A stretch of DNA of 61,392 bases, filler included, from Choristocarpus tenellus KU-1152 (taxonomy: Eukaryota; Protista; Phaeophyceae), in NCBI GenBank assembly GCA_964200185.2. It is 10 parts of 10 records of this genome, joined end to end, with 100 filler letters (N's around TTAATTAATTAA, not from the genome) between each part and the next. Parts side by side here need not be neighbours in the genome. Positions count along the whole stretch, not along the records: positions 38,861 to 42,053 come from CAXNAD020021647.1; positions 42,154 to 47,076 come from CAXNAD020012518.1; positions 47,177 to 58,563 come from CAXNAD020002346.1; 7 more parts are not named here. One strand, 5' to 3'. Each line of letters begins with the position of its first letter. The first letter of the stretch is position 1. A program made the position numbers and the translations under genes. Below the pieces are notes generated by a model. The model saw only the letters and a list, made by a program, of their open reading frames with translations. It ran no database searches and was not told where the DNA came from. Of the stretch, positions 38,861 to 53,193 are shown in pieces.

Positions 38861-41800
38861 CTGTTCTACATAATGAGGAAATAATCGAGTTATTTACACA
38901 CACGAGTCTTGGGAACACCAGTTTCTTTAACAAGGTGCAACCAATATTGTCTAGGAGACATAGACTTCTGGAGCGCCGCCGCCGCGTCACAGATGGCTAT
39001 TAAGAGGAGGGTAGCTGCCAAGGTAAAGGCATTCCTCAAAGAAGCTTGGGAGGACACACGTATGGAAGCTGGGGTAAATAGACTAACCGACCAGACATCC
39101 GTCCAATTCTTCAACGCGATCGCACCCTTGTCTACATATGCGCGAGAGAAGGTGAGATTCTCACGGCTCCTTCCAGTGGAAACGATTGGGAAGCATCGCG
39201 TACCTTTTCTCGCATATGTCCATAGTAATTCCGTGTGGGTGATCTAACATACCTCATCCCTCTCTTCCCTCACTATGCTCTACCAGAGACAAGAACTGGA
39301 GGAGATCCTTCTCGGTCTGTGGAAAGAGCACAAGAAGCGCGATGGGTCGAGTATAAGCGTGATGCACCCGTATCCACATTAGTACATCCTATACCCCCTC
39401 ACCAACGGTCCAACAACTCCGTAGTAACCCCTGCCTTCCAATTCTGAGCTTGATTTGACGTTTCATACATGTGCAAATCTATCGACCTTATGACATACAC
39501 CATTAACCAGAAAACCCACTCCCATTCCCATGTCCTTCTGTCCTGATCATATTACCTTATCCTCCACACCCCCAACCCGCACCTGACCAGGACAAATTCG
39601 ACTTCAGAACGGTTCACATGTTCACTGTGCTGTAGTACGCTAATCTGGACGCCGCCATGGAATCCTTAAAACAGCGGGGGATCGCACACATCTACAGGTT
39701 TAAGGTGGGATTAACATTCCCAACTATATATTGCCCCCACTTGACGTCGGCATACTTGACATAGGGCAGATAGTAATGAGGATTTGATGTGTTCTGTCGA
39801 ACGGTAAAGTGATCAGTTTCCAAAGACCCCCTAGCCCATAAGGTTCCGACGCGCTACGCGCATCCCCTAGTATTTCTTCCCTGGTAGATACACTGCTAAC
39901 CCTAATTTCTCCACACCCTCAGAGCTCGTTCTTTGTCGGCATCCTAACCACACACAATCGTACATTTGATGTACATCTAGGTCACGGACGAGGTCAAGCA
40001 GCAGTAATTCGCAAGAATGTGCACCGATGTTCTCGCTGGAGTCGGACAATCCATCCTCAGAGGGGAGACCCCCCAGGGCCATCGCTGGCGCGACATTGTT
40101 GAAGTGGCTGCGTATGTCTTCTAAGAGCAAGCAGCCAAAAGACTACCGACTGGCACGCTCGCGTTGACGTATGATGTCGGGGGGGAGACATTTCCAGAGG
40201 AATGGGTAAGTCGATTTTGAATTACTCGATTGAGGTAACGTATGGATGTATATCCATATACCCCCATCCTAACCCTACAACAGCCGCAATGTTTACCTCC
40301 TAGTTCGTACCTCGCGAGGCAGACACCCATTTCATCCATGCTACTTACTGTTCCACCACCCATGTACTTCTCCATGACAATTCTCCCACACTCTTAGGGG
40401 CGTCCGGAACAAACGGCCCCCGGCCGATCAGGACAAAGGAAAAAAGAAGACAGGAGGAAAGGGGAAGAAGAATAGACCAGGAATCGGCGATCCACACACG
40501 GCATCTGCCACCAAGGCGGAGGAGGAGTGGGCATCTCAACCCTGGAAGGTGCGGTTGGCATACATCAGACGTATGCACACAAAGAGCATGCTCACCAAGG
40601 GGGCCGTCCTGGAGGTCGCCAGTCAAGTAGTGAACGACCTAAAGGGGAAATACAAGCTCGGGATAGACCCCTACGCCGACGAATCACCAGGAGAGTCTTC
40701 AGCAGAGGGTCCTCCTACCAAAAAATACATCCTCAGCGACAAGGTACTCAACTATTATTAGTTCATCATCTCATCTGTCCACCGCATTTCAGTCCGTATC
40801 GAGCCATCTCACAATAAACGCCGTGATCGCGCACATTAATCTACCCCATAAAATCCACAGGTGAGAAGGGACCTCGTGTTGAGGGAGGATGTTGAGGAGG
40901 GCTCAAAATACCTAGACATCGTCAAATACTCTGAGGGCGTTAAACTGAAGACCAGTGACAAACACACAGGCCAGCAATTACATCATTGTACAACATCGCT
41001 ATAGGTTAACATCCAAACATGGTTTCCCACACCAAACACACAATTGAGACTCTCACTTATCCTACCGATGCTTGGCAGTTTCACAACGAACATTGTCACA
41101 GGGTTGTTCTCCGGTTCTTTCGAAAGGTGTGAAGTTGCTTGTCGAACACGTTGTTTCGTACTTTGCATGTGTTGTACCGATCGACAGAACCCGGCAAAAG
41201 GAGAGAAATCATGTCGCGGTTTGATGTTAGTCCTGTACACATCCTCTTCACCCTATGTTACCAGCCCTATTCGTACTCCTGTCTTGTGGGCTCGAATAAT
41301 TGGCACACCTTCAAAGAACCGCTAGTACTCTGGTCCATCCATCCTTTCCTCAGCCCCTGCATCCTCCTTTGTATCCTACCCCGCTTACTCCTTCTCACGA
41401 ACCTCTATCTCATCCCTTGCCTCCTAACGCTAACACCTCCTCCCGGTGTTTTATAACCCCACTTCACGACAACCTTTGCTCACTCCTCCGCCATCACAGA
41501 GACAACTACAGTAACAAATATTTTGATCACCCCAGACAACAACGACACATCCGAGCATGACCTCGAGAAGTTCAAGTTCGAGACTAGCGCCGCCCACGAG
41601 AGAGAAGTCGCCCTTCTCCAGACCCGACCAGGAGGAATGATAATCACATGCACCGCCCTCGGAGACAATCTGGATTCGGAATGTATCAAATTCCTCGTAG
41701 ACGAACTATCCACCTTCACCAATTTTACATTGGTGAAGGCAACATTGGCTGGTGGCGTGTCCACGCCTATACCTTGAGGAAGGCCCCACCCGCCAGGTGA

Positions 41801-42053
41801 TGAAGAGGAAAAAGGTAGTCCGTTGCCTAGCCCCGCAGTAGGTATGGGAAGCAGGACTCTAAGAGGGGGGAGGCATACAATCACACCATCGGAACACGAC
41901 TCCGAAGGCGATGGGGGCCGACCCATTCGTAAGGACTTGTCAGGTCCAGAGGGACTTGTACAGGAGGATGCGAGGGGGCGGCTAGACAAGGACTCAGAGT
42001 CCACGCCTGTGAGGAGTGACACATGTATGTCCCTGAACGCGCATTCGATGCGC
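38861..42053 (+). mobile_element. Degenerate TE-like coding remnant filling the whole contig (possibly non-LTR)
   Basis: Successive frameshifted protein-like segments (38909-39447, 40549-40761, 41044-41325, 41523-42053) without intron signals. No diagnostic motif. Confidence 0.3.
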
Positions 42054-42192
42054 NNNNNNNNNNNNNNNNNNNNNNNNNNNNNNNNNNNNNNNNNNNNTTA
42101 ATTAATTAANNNNNNNNNNNNNNNNNNNNNNNNNNNNNNNNNNNNNNNNNNNNGTGTACGAGTAGCAATGCACGCCCGTTGGAGTCCTTTAC

Positions 42193-43540
42193 CTGCTGCA
42201 AACTGCACTGCACAACATGTTGGAGGCGTTCCCCGTGCCTGTTGCATACGTAGGTTGACGTACGGTAAATAGTACCACAGCGATTTCTTTCTTGCAGGCA
42301 ACATGTAAACGGATGGATAGACTCGTGGATCGATTGGTATGATAGGAGTGATTGACAGGAGCGATTGACAGACAGGGAGTCAGTAGTTTTGAAGTTGTCA
42401 AAACTCAAGGTAAGAGGCAAGGATACCATCACTGGAAAAATTTGAATGGGCTGTTGAGTGTGCTCATTGTGTTGCCCTCTCCTGTAGTTTGGAGATGCCT
42501 TTTTTTTTTTCGACTTATTTAGGGGGGTAGCACAATATAAGACATACCGGTTTACCTCACTTTGCAACCAACAATCACACGAATATGCAATGGAGCAATT
42601 ACAGAGAACAGAATCCTACACTGTTTTGCATGACATCTATCTCCTTGACAGGATCTTGCCAGTGGTAACTAGTACGTGGGCTAATCAGTATGTGCAACAG
42701 TCCCAACTCCAGGGTGACCAGTCAACAACGAAATGTTATGAGGGTCGCAGTGACAAAAGAAATGCGTTGGACTCACCTTAGCGGACGGCAAAACGTCCCA
42801 CCACCATGATCGTTGGGATCCTTCGATGGCTTCCAGCGGTTGGGTGGAAGGGCATGATAACCGTAGCTTTTGCACACGGGGACAGAGGTTGGGGAGGTCA
42901 ACTTGTGGGGTCATGTTTTCGGGGATAGAGATAGGACGAGCTTAGTCCTCAACTAGAACGGGTTCATCAAGCTTCTGCTCTGATGATCAGCAAAGTAGTA
43001 AGGCGGAAGATCTAGTATGCGCTATACATGGGAAATTATGTCTCCTTTGGGTCAAGCAAGGATAAAAACTACGCCAAGCATCAGCCTTGCCTCGGCAGAC
43101 TCTTACGTGAAAACATTCTTATCAAGACCTCCTTGTGCACTATGTCTCTGTAACCACAATCACGCTACATTAGCACTTGATACGCGCGAGTCGTGGATTG
43201 AGCTTAGATGTTCGAAATTGCACCTGCGCACTGCCGAGCCAAGGTGGAAGTCGGGGGGCACATCCATATTCACCGTGGTCGAAGACGATGTGGATGTAGG
43301 TTCGTTCAACTCCACACCTACGCCAATTGGTTCTAGCTTTGGCTGGACACATAGTTGCATAATTTCTTGCACTTTTTCATCCTCCAACTCCCCAAGAGGC
43401 CCTGAGGTCATAGCCGCTTGAACGCTTCCCATTTTGGTGAGATTCGGCTTGATGCTGATGGCACTGGGTGTGTCTTGCCTTCGACGCTTAGTGGTGCTAC
43501 CCAAGACTCTCGCCTCGAGTCGCTTGGACCGGCGAATCAT
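42193..43540 (-). CDS. HhH-GPD superfamily DNA glycosylase-like protein, N-terminal part (3'-truncated by contig end)
   Basis: Exons 43540-43224, 42866-42777 and 42238-42193 splice in frame to ...VPPDFHLGSAVRSYGYHALPPNRWKPS...GTFCRPLRHGERLQHVVQCSLQQ. This resembles the FxLxxAVCSxGxFxxxPNxW...RPL N-terminus of OGG1-related HhH-GPD glycosylases. Basic N-terminal extension. The catalytic HhH region is not in the window. Confidence 0.65.
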
Positions 43541-44096
43541 GGCTTCAGTGTGTGGCTGCCCGAGTCTCTACGTCAGCCCTAATAAACACCTGTATAACAC
43601 AGTCGAACAGTAGTAGCACCAGTAGATGAGGAGGCTGTATCCTATGTGTAAATTGTTGTGGCGCAGGATCAAATCAACCTTGCCGTTAAAAATCATAGGA
43701 TGGAACTTTATTCATAGAGGAATCTGTTTGGTGGGAGGATAAAGGAATTTGACATCATAGAGATGTCTGAAGATAGGGTCGAAAATCCACTGGCATCCAC
43801 TATGATAGGTAGATAGGTAGGTACATGGGGTAGTAGGGCTACATCATTGACAACGTTATAATATAGGTGGAGTTTGCCAAGAAGCACAGAGGATTTTATT
43901 TTTCCCTTTCATGATTGTTTGCATGTGTCTGGGATCATCTCTCTCTTCCAGTGGTTTAATGCTTGTTCCCCTGCTTTGATTGTGGTTCGTTCTCTGGTTC
44001 CCTGGACCTGATTTTTTTCGTAGGAAAACCTGAAGGAAGGTCGAGGAAACTAGTGGATGAACCACAATCAAAGGAGGGAACAGGCACTGAAGCATT

Positions 44097-44237
44097 GGCT
44101 TAAAGTATCTGGGGAGGGGGGGGGTGGCTGTCTATTTGCGGTCATTTTTTTCATGTCGCATTTTTTGGTTGGTCTGGTTGCATACGTCGGATGGATAATG
44201 TAAGTGCACCTTTCCTGATTTTGGCCCAAATGGACAT
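44097..44237. mobile_element. MITE family A, partial copy
   Basis: Left TIR GGCTTAAAGTATCTGGGG plus the homologous interior; right TIR missing. Further family A termini at 1-22, 4845-4900, 32792-32833, 32934-32955 and 38731-38760. Confidence 0.7.
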
Positions 44238-47200
44238 TATTGGAGAAGAGAGAAGCCTGAAGTCTATAAAGATATGTCAAGGGACCGATAGTGAATGAAC
44301 TACAATCAAAGAAAAAGGAAGGGGGGCAGGCGTTGATATTAATTGGTGAGAGAGAGAAGCCAGAAACAATGTAAAGACAAGTTGAGGGAACCTTAATGAG
44401 TTAACCACATTCAAAGGAAAAGGATGAGGGCCAGGCGTTGAATCAGTGGAGAGAGAGCCTGAAACCTAAAGGCAGGTCAATGGAACCAGTGGATGAACCA
44501 CACATTGAACCGGTGAGGAGAAGACAGAAGTCAGACGCACATAATATGTAAACGACCCCAAAAGAGAAGGGAGGGAGAATAGGATGGGGAGGGACAATAC
44601 AGGATGGAGGGGACAGTGTTTGTGGATAGCGCTGGTGGCAATATATAGACACCACTGGCGAAGTGGATGAGGAAAGTTAGAGCCAGTTATGTGTTTCCAT
44701 GTATTTCCAGTTTAGCTCTACCCCTGGTTCATGTATTTTAGAGGGACCTGACATTAGATTATCCGTTCATGTATCATTTTGTACTTGTGATCCAGTGATA
44801 TTATTATTTTCTGGATCTCCATACGGACGTCGCAAATGCCACATGGTAGCTCACCTCAATTGCTTCAGTCAATGGAATTGAGACCACAAGTCCGTTGTAA
44901 CACTAATATTCTATGTTCACACCAAGCCAGATACCCTCCCCTACCAAGCCACACGATTCATCATCTAAGCGGCGAGTCCAGTGTGGAATACTTCAACAGA
45001 CACAGGCAGCGATCAAGGAATTGGAAACGAAATCCACCAAGGAGGAGACCAAGAGTGAGAAGAAGACGATTAGGATAAACAGAAGACATATCACGCACAC
45101 TCTGCAGAGTCAGAATGATAGTCTACAGGACATATACAAAGACTGGCGGATCACCAGAATGAGGAGGCCACTGAGACACAGGCAGTCCGATGGAATGTCG
45201 ACTAAATTCTTCACTACTGGTGCGGACAGTTGAGACTTTTTTAGGCTGACGGAGAGAGAAACAAGATCAGGCAGATATATGTGGGCACCAGGTCAAGGGC
45301 TACCACCAGGGTATTGAGAAACGGTCGTTCATTCCATGACTCAATGAGGAGGAATACATTTTTTCCAGCTCCCCCGGCACATCCACACTGCAAGCTTCGA
45401 TAATTACACAATGGGTCAAAGGGTCCACTGGTGGGGCCATGGAAGGGGTAAAGGGAAAGGGCTAAGGAGCACAGCAGAACCAAGTACAGAAAAGAGCGGA
45501 AGAATTAGTACACACAACCAGACTAGACACCTTGGAAAGAGAGAAGAGGAACGGGGTCAGAGTTGGGAGTTCATCAGGGAAAGTCAGATACAAGGAACAA
45601 TTGATGCCAGCATGGGTGGACAGAACCCAGCCAAGCAGTCTCGTCAGGCTGACTAGTTCCAGGGAGCACACTATTGGCTACTGTGACAAGTGGCTGGACA
45701 AAAAATGTATAATGAACCATACAAAAGCATCCTCCTGCTCCCACAAGTCCTTGTTGTGTGTAGGGATTTCTGTCCCCCCAAACTGGGTACAGAAATGAAA
45801 GAGTAGCAGGGGGACACAAGTGAAAAGGTTGGTTTGGTTAATTGGGTAAATGATCCGTTGCACAGCTTCAGTCCACCCTCCAAAGGTTTAAGGGGTAAAG
45901 AAATGGAAGAAAACGAGGATATACGGGAAAGGATGGTTTGATTGATTGGGTAGAAGCCCCACTGCAAAGCTTTAGTCCTCCTCCCAAAGGTTTATGGTTG
46001 AACGAAATCGAAGAATAAAATGGAGACCGAGAAGGGTGGTTTGGTTGGGTGGGGTAGAAAGCCTGTTACGAAGTGCCTGTCCACCAGGGGCAAAGGAAGT
46101 GAATGGATGTTGGTGAGGTTCTAGTCGAAAGGGCCTGTGGCAATGCACCTATCTACTAGGGGTGAAGGAAGTGAATGGATGCCGTTGAGGTGCCAGTCCA
46201 CAAGGGAAAGTTGCAATGCGACTGTCTCTGAAGTATCCCACTCTAGACTAGAGGTAAAGATTATCTATGTTGGACTTTGACAGAGGACAATATCTGACCT
46301 TGTGTTAAGGTATAAGTAGTATTTGCACTTCAAGGAGGTTGTGTCTCAAATGCGTCGACTGAACTGGTGGGGTTGAAATGGTTCAGATAAACTGCTTATG
46401 AATCACCTTATTTACTTGTCTTCAATATGGCAAGCACATCTAGAACAGAGCACCAATCATTGGGCATCGATCAGTCAATTTCGCCTAGTACATGATGTCG
46501 TACATCAAGTTCACAGCCAAATTGTTGTGTCAAGCATAACAAGATATTGTGTTTCCATCACTACCTCTCCATCCTACTCCACGCGGTGCGTATGGTGTAT
46601 CACAACAATTATCCACACACGCACACACTTGTCCGTTCAAGACGAAGGTAGAAATATTTCAATGTCAGAGCGTGTGTGTAGGATAGACAAGAAAGGGAGA
46701 GTGATGTTCAGGAAGAAGAGAAGTGGGTGGTGTTCCATTAGACTCTCCCAACTCTACTACTAGAGAATTCTGGTGAAATGTACATGCAATGAGGGTACTA
46801 CTTTTAGTGTTGTGAATCGTGTGATTCTGTGGCGGCGTGGTCACTCAGGCATGATGGGTGGTGAAAAGAATCACCGAACAAGACGGACCAGACGAACACG
46901 AACACGAACACGAAATGTAACCGAGGGTACGAGGTTAAGGTTGGACCAGTGCAAATTGAGGTGTAGTGATGAGCATCATCAAAGATGGGGCTTCAACATC
47001 ATCAGTCAAGACGTGAGAACAAAGTGGATCTTCCATGTGTGACAACTCTGGATGACGAGCTGTCCCAAGTCTATGGNNNNNNNNNNNNNNNNNNNNNNNN
47101 NNNNNNNNNNNNNNNNNNNNTTAATTAATTAANNNNNNNNNNNNNNNNNNNNNNNNNNNNNNNNNNNNNNNNNNNNATTCGATACGCAGGGGGGGGGGGT

Positions 47201-47756
47201 ATGGGGAGCTGAGGAAATATATATATATATATTGCAAAGAACAAGAACAAAAAGCCAAAGGAAATGACTTGCAGGGTAACAAAATAAAAGTCTTTGTTGG
47301 TAGAAGTACTTTCATAACCGCCCCAGGATGTTTGCATCCCCTAAACAGGCACCGTTGCCAACTGAAAATTAAAGTATGTGCACGAAGGTCAAATCTTCAA
47401 ACTATTAAGCTCAAATGATCGTATGTGCACTACATTACCTTCCTTACCTTCCTAGGTTGAAGGATTTATGGCACAACTATCTGGGTGTTAACAAAAACCA
47501 CATGGAACACTATGGTATCGAAGTATCACTCACTTGCTCAAGCAATCTCTAAACACAATCTAGTCAACATCAAACCAATTCTGTGAGGTGAAAAAGGTAC
47601 ACAAGACCAGATGTCAATCTGCCACTGAAAAAAATGAACATCACGGGAGAGTCCCACACCTTGCAAGTACTACACAATCCATTGCACGTTCTTTTGCCGC
47701 TCCATTTACAAATCAGAAGGGTTGCAACCTTAAGATATTAAAGTGAGACAGCTGAT

Positions 47757-50700
47757 TCAGGAATCGTGGCTACGGTACCATGCAATGGTTTCCTTGAGCC
47801 CATCCTCCATGGGTGTCGGCAATCCGAGGTCTGGGAAGGCACTCGCAAATTCTGAGTGGTCCACGAGATAGTCATGACTCCACACAAAGCTCATCTCAGG
47901 CATTTCCCTAAGAGGTTTCTTGAAGATCGAGAGGAAGTTTAGGAGGTGTCCCTGCAATATCCCGTTGTTGGACATGAATGACAACGTGGGCAGCGAGGTT
48001 TGGGGTTACTTTGTCATGAAAAGCCATACTTGTAAAATAGACGTAATCAGGTTTCCGTGACCAGGGACAAAACTAGCATTTTTTTTTAATTGGCATGTAT
48101 CTTGATGATGACATTCCATCTAAATGGTCAATAAGGGGTTAGGATGTGCACCATTTCGGCACCATCTGTAACATGTTTCGGATAGATTATGCTACTGACG
48201 TAAACGCTACTCCTCGTATGAATACGCCTCCTTCCCTTCTTCGACGTCTTACTCAATATGTAGCAGATCAAAGAAAAAGGAACACATACTATACTTCAAA
48301 GAGGTTACATACTATGTAGTATGCATGATCTTAACGTTACCATTATCAGTACAAGCATACACAATCAACCCTTACAAACACAAAACATCTTGGCGCTACC
48401 ACACATTGATGACTATGGACACAAGCTCGTGTTTTCACACGATGTGTCATGTACATTGAATTTCAGCTACTTTCGATACAAACAAATAGTTAAACGAAAC
48501 CTCCATTGTTGAAGGGAGATTACCCTTCACTGTTGGCTATTCCTCGACCTCCCCAAATGGGAACATTTTGTCTCTCACCCATTGCCCAATTATCCCAATT
48601 CTCAAGAAGAGAGTCCCCCCTTCCAAGTGCTTTTGAGCACACCATATATACCATATATCAATAGACCTTTCTTCTCTGAACCCCCTCTCCCCCCAAATTT
48701 TCTCCTGTCTGCGCCTTCAACCACTTTTCTGACTGTTTTCATTTTAATATTTTCTACCCCACCAAAACAGAGTTTGGAGATGGATGACCCATCCCACCAT
48801 GCAACGAAAAGTAAATGCTCTTACAATGTAGTAAAATTTTAAACGAGTCAGCAATACTAGGAATATACTTTGAAGTAACAGACTCCTCGGCACACAAGAA
48901 GTTGCATGGTGTGTTTATTGAGCCTTTCTTTGTATATTGCATTCTTGGTCCCCATGCCAACATCTTCAAATAACAACACATTTATAGTACGCTGATGTAT
49001 TGGGTGGGGAATGCAAACGAGATGGTACGAATCAGAAGGAATCAAACTACTCACCAATGAGTTTATCGAAATAAAGTAGGAAAAAAATGTTCCAACAGTC
49101 TAACAACACAATATTTTTTCTATTTTTGGCAACAAGTTCGCAGGACAACCTCCCCCCCCACCTTTTTAAACCCTGTGTATCAATATTGAGGCGTATACGT
49201 GAGAGTGGATATAGATAAGGAGGCAATGGATGTAGATCATTCATACTACCACGCAGTACTTACTCAAAGGGTGTATGAATGTGATAGGGATGAGACTGGA
49301 TCATTATAACAAATTATTCAACTCCAACAATAGTACCTCTGGACTCTGTAAGCACTAGTCATAATGTCATCATTAATAATTGCGAAGTAATAGTATCGGT
49401 AGAGTGATCGACAGGTACGGTATCTACAAAAAGAGGACCATGCATCAGGGCTTGTTTTCCGTTCCTACCAAAATTACGTACTCAAACACGAAAAAAGGAA
49501 AATTGCGTGAGATCGCAAACTACCACTCTCAAGAGTCATCACATCCCCTTGTTTTTTATTCCCGTATACTCGGAGTATGAACAAAAGCTTTCCTCCACCT
49601 AGATCCTTCAGCACCCAAGGAAAATGTCATGCCATATATAGCCGGCAGATCCTGGACGGTGCAGCACTGTCAAAACGTTAAGAACAAACACTACATACAA
49701 ACCTGCGCAATGACTAAACTTGTGCACCACAACCACCCCCTCCTCCAACAGCGAAAGTGGCAACCAGGATGCATATCACATACACTAAGATCAACTCGAG
49801 GAAATTTTGACTGTGAGTCAACCCTCCGTCTGTGGGGGACGCAACGCCACTAACGGAACCCTGAAGTATTAATATAAATAAAGTACACTAGTAGATACTC
49901 TCGAGGCTTGAGATGTCAAGAGCGAAAGAGCGAGGGGAAAGCATGTGGGAAATTGTTCTGGTTGACATGATTCCATTCGGTCATCACAGCTTTCCGATGT
50001 CCATTGCGTAAATACGACCCAGGGCAACTATGGGATGGTTAGCGTTAGAATGTGACCACTGTGACTGGTAACCATTTCCCTTTGTTGTGTGGGCATTGTA
50101 GACAGATCTCAATACGAGGGATGACGTGTCAGACGCCACCAATTGAAAGCCTTCCGACCATCCAAGATCCATCGACAACAGCCCAATAACCTCCAACCAC
50201 CCCCTCCACTCAGTAGGTCAAGAATTTCTTCATTACGTGTACTTCAAATGCTTCTCCCATACAAACAGTCAATAGAGAGCTCCAATGAGATCAAGAATCC
50301 TGTATAAGTAAGACAAGGAGAGCTCATTCAAAACAGTATCTGATACGACTCCCTCCCATACCCCCCACCTTGAGTACGATGTACTTGGCCGAGCCCTCGT
50401 GCCCACAGAGACTCCAGATGCGGTCCATGACATCCGTTGTCGGTATGGCCTCAGCGTTGGGCACATGCCAAGCTCGACCCCAGTGTGTCTCTCCAGCATT
50501 TGCAACGGCAACTAACGCCTTCGCAAAGTCTGGAACGTAAGTGTACGTGTGCCTTGAAGTAGGGAAGCCAAAAACCGTTGCCTGTTTCCCCTGCAGAATG
50601 ACGAGTGAACAGAAAAGCGCGGTTCACTAGTATGGGCAATAACAGCGAGAAAAGCGCCCGAGCAAATCGTTCAAGAAAAGTCTGAGCAAAGTGTTCAGGT

Positions 50701-53193
50701 CGACCTTCTCCCGCGCTCACAAGTAGACGGTGTCGTACTTGACTTGTTAATGTGGTTCTTATGCACAACACAGAAGATTTCATACTGAAGTCGAGATACT
50801 GCACGGTCCGGATTCCGCCCCAAACCCTCCATCCTTCAGCTCACTCAAGTCACCTTGATTAAAGGAGGAAAGACTCGGTCACCTAGACCAGAGTTGAGGA
50901 CCCCCGGTCCATAAAAATCGGATGCTCGAACGAGAACCACCTGGCAGAGATGTCAGGATCTAGCTCAGCAGCAACACAAGAACGAATTTGTAGACTTTTT
51001 TGGCTAGGGACACGGTCGGGGTTAAGGCCAGGACCCTTCATGACACGGAGATAATGACTCAATTTGTAACTAGGGGACGGAGTGAAGTAAAAACAGAATT
51101 CAAGATTGTGTATGCAGTTTCTCAATTCTGAATCAACAATGGCAGGAGAAGTTCCTACAGTAACTTGCAGTTCCTGCGAGGCTGCTATGCAAGGTATGGC
51201 AAACAAATGATAATAATCAGGTTTCATACATATGTATATATGTGTAACTCTTGTATTTGCAGGACATAAGACTCCGTTCAAATCACAAACAGAAGGCAGC
51301 TATGGAGACAGGAATGCACTCACTTTACAACGACCAGCATCAGCAGCCTCAAGCATCTGGGTATCCATTCGTGCTCGGAGAGAGGGCTTTCTACCAAATG
51401 AAGTGAACTCCCTTGAGCTCTCCTGGGCACGACATTGGGAGGGGTAAACAAAATGATAACTGCAGTATACTGGCAACCGGCATTCTGAAATTATTTTTAG
51501 AAATCGTGTTTTTGAACTTTTTATCATGAAAAGTCACATGTCCTCACAGTTGAGTTTTGCATGCAAAGAGATCCAAGTTTCCCCCATGAGAATAGAATAT
51601 GCTATCACACAATGTTCCCCCAGTAAGGAGAGGTGTAATCTCTGCCAAAGGGAATAAACTCTTAAATGTTCTTCACACACGAACACACTGTTAACAGAGA
51701 AATGGGAGTAGGATTGAGGCACTATCCTTTGCACATTCTTATGTGCAGCAGTTATTGTGTAAAATCAAGATCATCTGGCGGCTTTCCCTTCCAACAGGGG
51801 GGACCACCACCAGCCTAACTTTACTGTTGTCGAGAAAAAAGCAGGGTAGATTGCTTGACTTCCCTATGGACTATTCAGTCACCATAGCACACAGCCATTC
51901 CACACCTTCATAGGCATGCCTGTGGCAGAAGATTCAGGACCGAACATGTACAGGTTGTCCGCCCAGACCAGAACAGCTCCAGTCTTCTCAGCGGCATGAA
52001 GCATCGATTCCACTATTTGCGGAAAGTCGCATTCCCAAACCTTGCTAAGGTTTTCAGGTAGGAGAACAACAAGAGTCGAAATGATGTAGCGTAAGTACTC
52101 TGCCCCAATCAATTTTGGTCGTTTTTGAAAAAGTGCAATCAGAGTATCACCAATGCATAGCTATGAAGTAATCAACACCTTGTTGTATGACCTGGTTTCT
52201 GTACATCGCGCTACCTTGTCTGCTGGTTGTTACGAGCACCGCACATGGCGTAGAACGATAAGAACAGCTTTGTAGATGGTGCGCCAGGAAAAGGGTTGAT
52301 AAAAAGTAGAACCTTGACAAAGCTTATCGGTTTACAAAAGTCCTACGAAATATTAGATCTCAGTACGTGGACAACGTGAATACTGGGCCTTACACAAGCG
52401 AATTAGTCGAATCACCTGGCAAGTAACGATGGAACACATACTCGAGCAAGAAAATAACATTAACAATATTGGGACGCACAGAATGTATACAATTTGTAGG
52501 GTAGATGGGGTGGTTTGGTGACGTAGCGTAGGTATACACTACTAACCACGGACTCTCCATTTAAGGTTGGGTCAACAGGGCAGTAAAAGTGAGACTCGAT
52601 CTAAGACACGCCTGTCGTAAGGGAGTCCCACACAGCAGTAAATCGTGCTAGCACCGGTACATAGATGGAGGGTTTTCTGTTTGTCCAGCGCATTTCCACT
52701 AGAACATTTCACCCCAGGAAGCTCTGTAAGGCCTCCCACATTTCCACTCCTTGAAACTGTGCATCAGGTGAAGGTAGGAGAGGCAATGACAGAGGTGCGG
52801 AGCGTACACAGCCGTGAGGCCTCTACAATGCGATGGGATGCTTATTGGGCTATAGAAGAACGCTGTTCATTCAGTATATGCTGAGGACGCACCTTCTGTT
52901 GTAAGCCAAGCCCATATTTAATGTAGAGGGACTACATCTGTGGAGCATGAAATGGAAAAAGATTGTCGTCGAAACAGATAGAAAAAAGGTCGCTTCTCAC
53001 AACATTTCCTGAAAGACATTGCAATGAGTCGTTTATAAATACGAGAGAATATTCCGAAGGACCTGTCGTTGGTAAGGTCCTCCATGGTCTCACCAGCAAT
53101 GACCTCGTCTGGTTGCGTGGTGGAGGCTGAAAGCAGGGAGATGACGGCCTTCCCCACAACTCCACTTGCACCAAATACGACAGACTGAGGCAT
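47757..53193 (-). CDS. NAD-dependent epimerase/dehydratase, atypical SDR (SDR_a3-like), complete 7-exon gene, 328 aa
   Basis: Exons 53193-53094 (MPQSVVFGASGVVG, Rossmann GxxGxxG), 52756-52612 (VSRSG...IYCCVGLPY), 52044-51906 (LVWADNLYMFGP), 51422-51324 (GRKPSLRARM), 50940-50854 (VRASDFYGPG), 50590-50369 (HTYTYVPDFAKAL...WGRAWHVP), 47951-47757 (LREMPEM...TPMEDGLKETIAWY*). Total 987 nt, phases consistent. Intron 2 has a GC donor. Confidence 0.9.

Noticed and set aside
44700-46250. Gene from purine-rich ORFs plus ~100-bp imperfect repeats
   Set aside because: Frequent stops and no diagnostic domain. Likely a decayed retroelement, but not supportable as a specific call.
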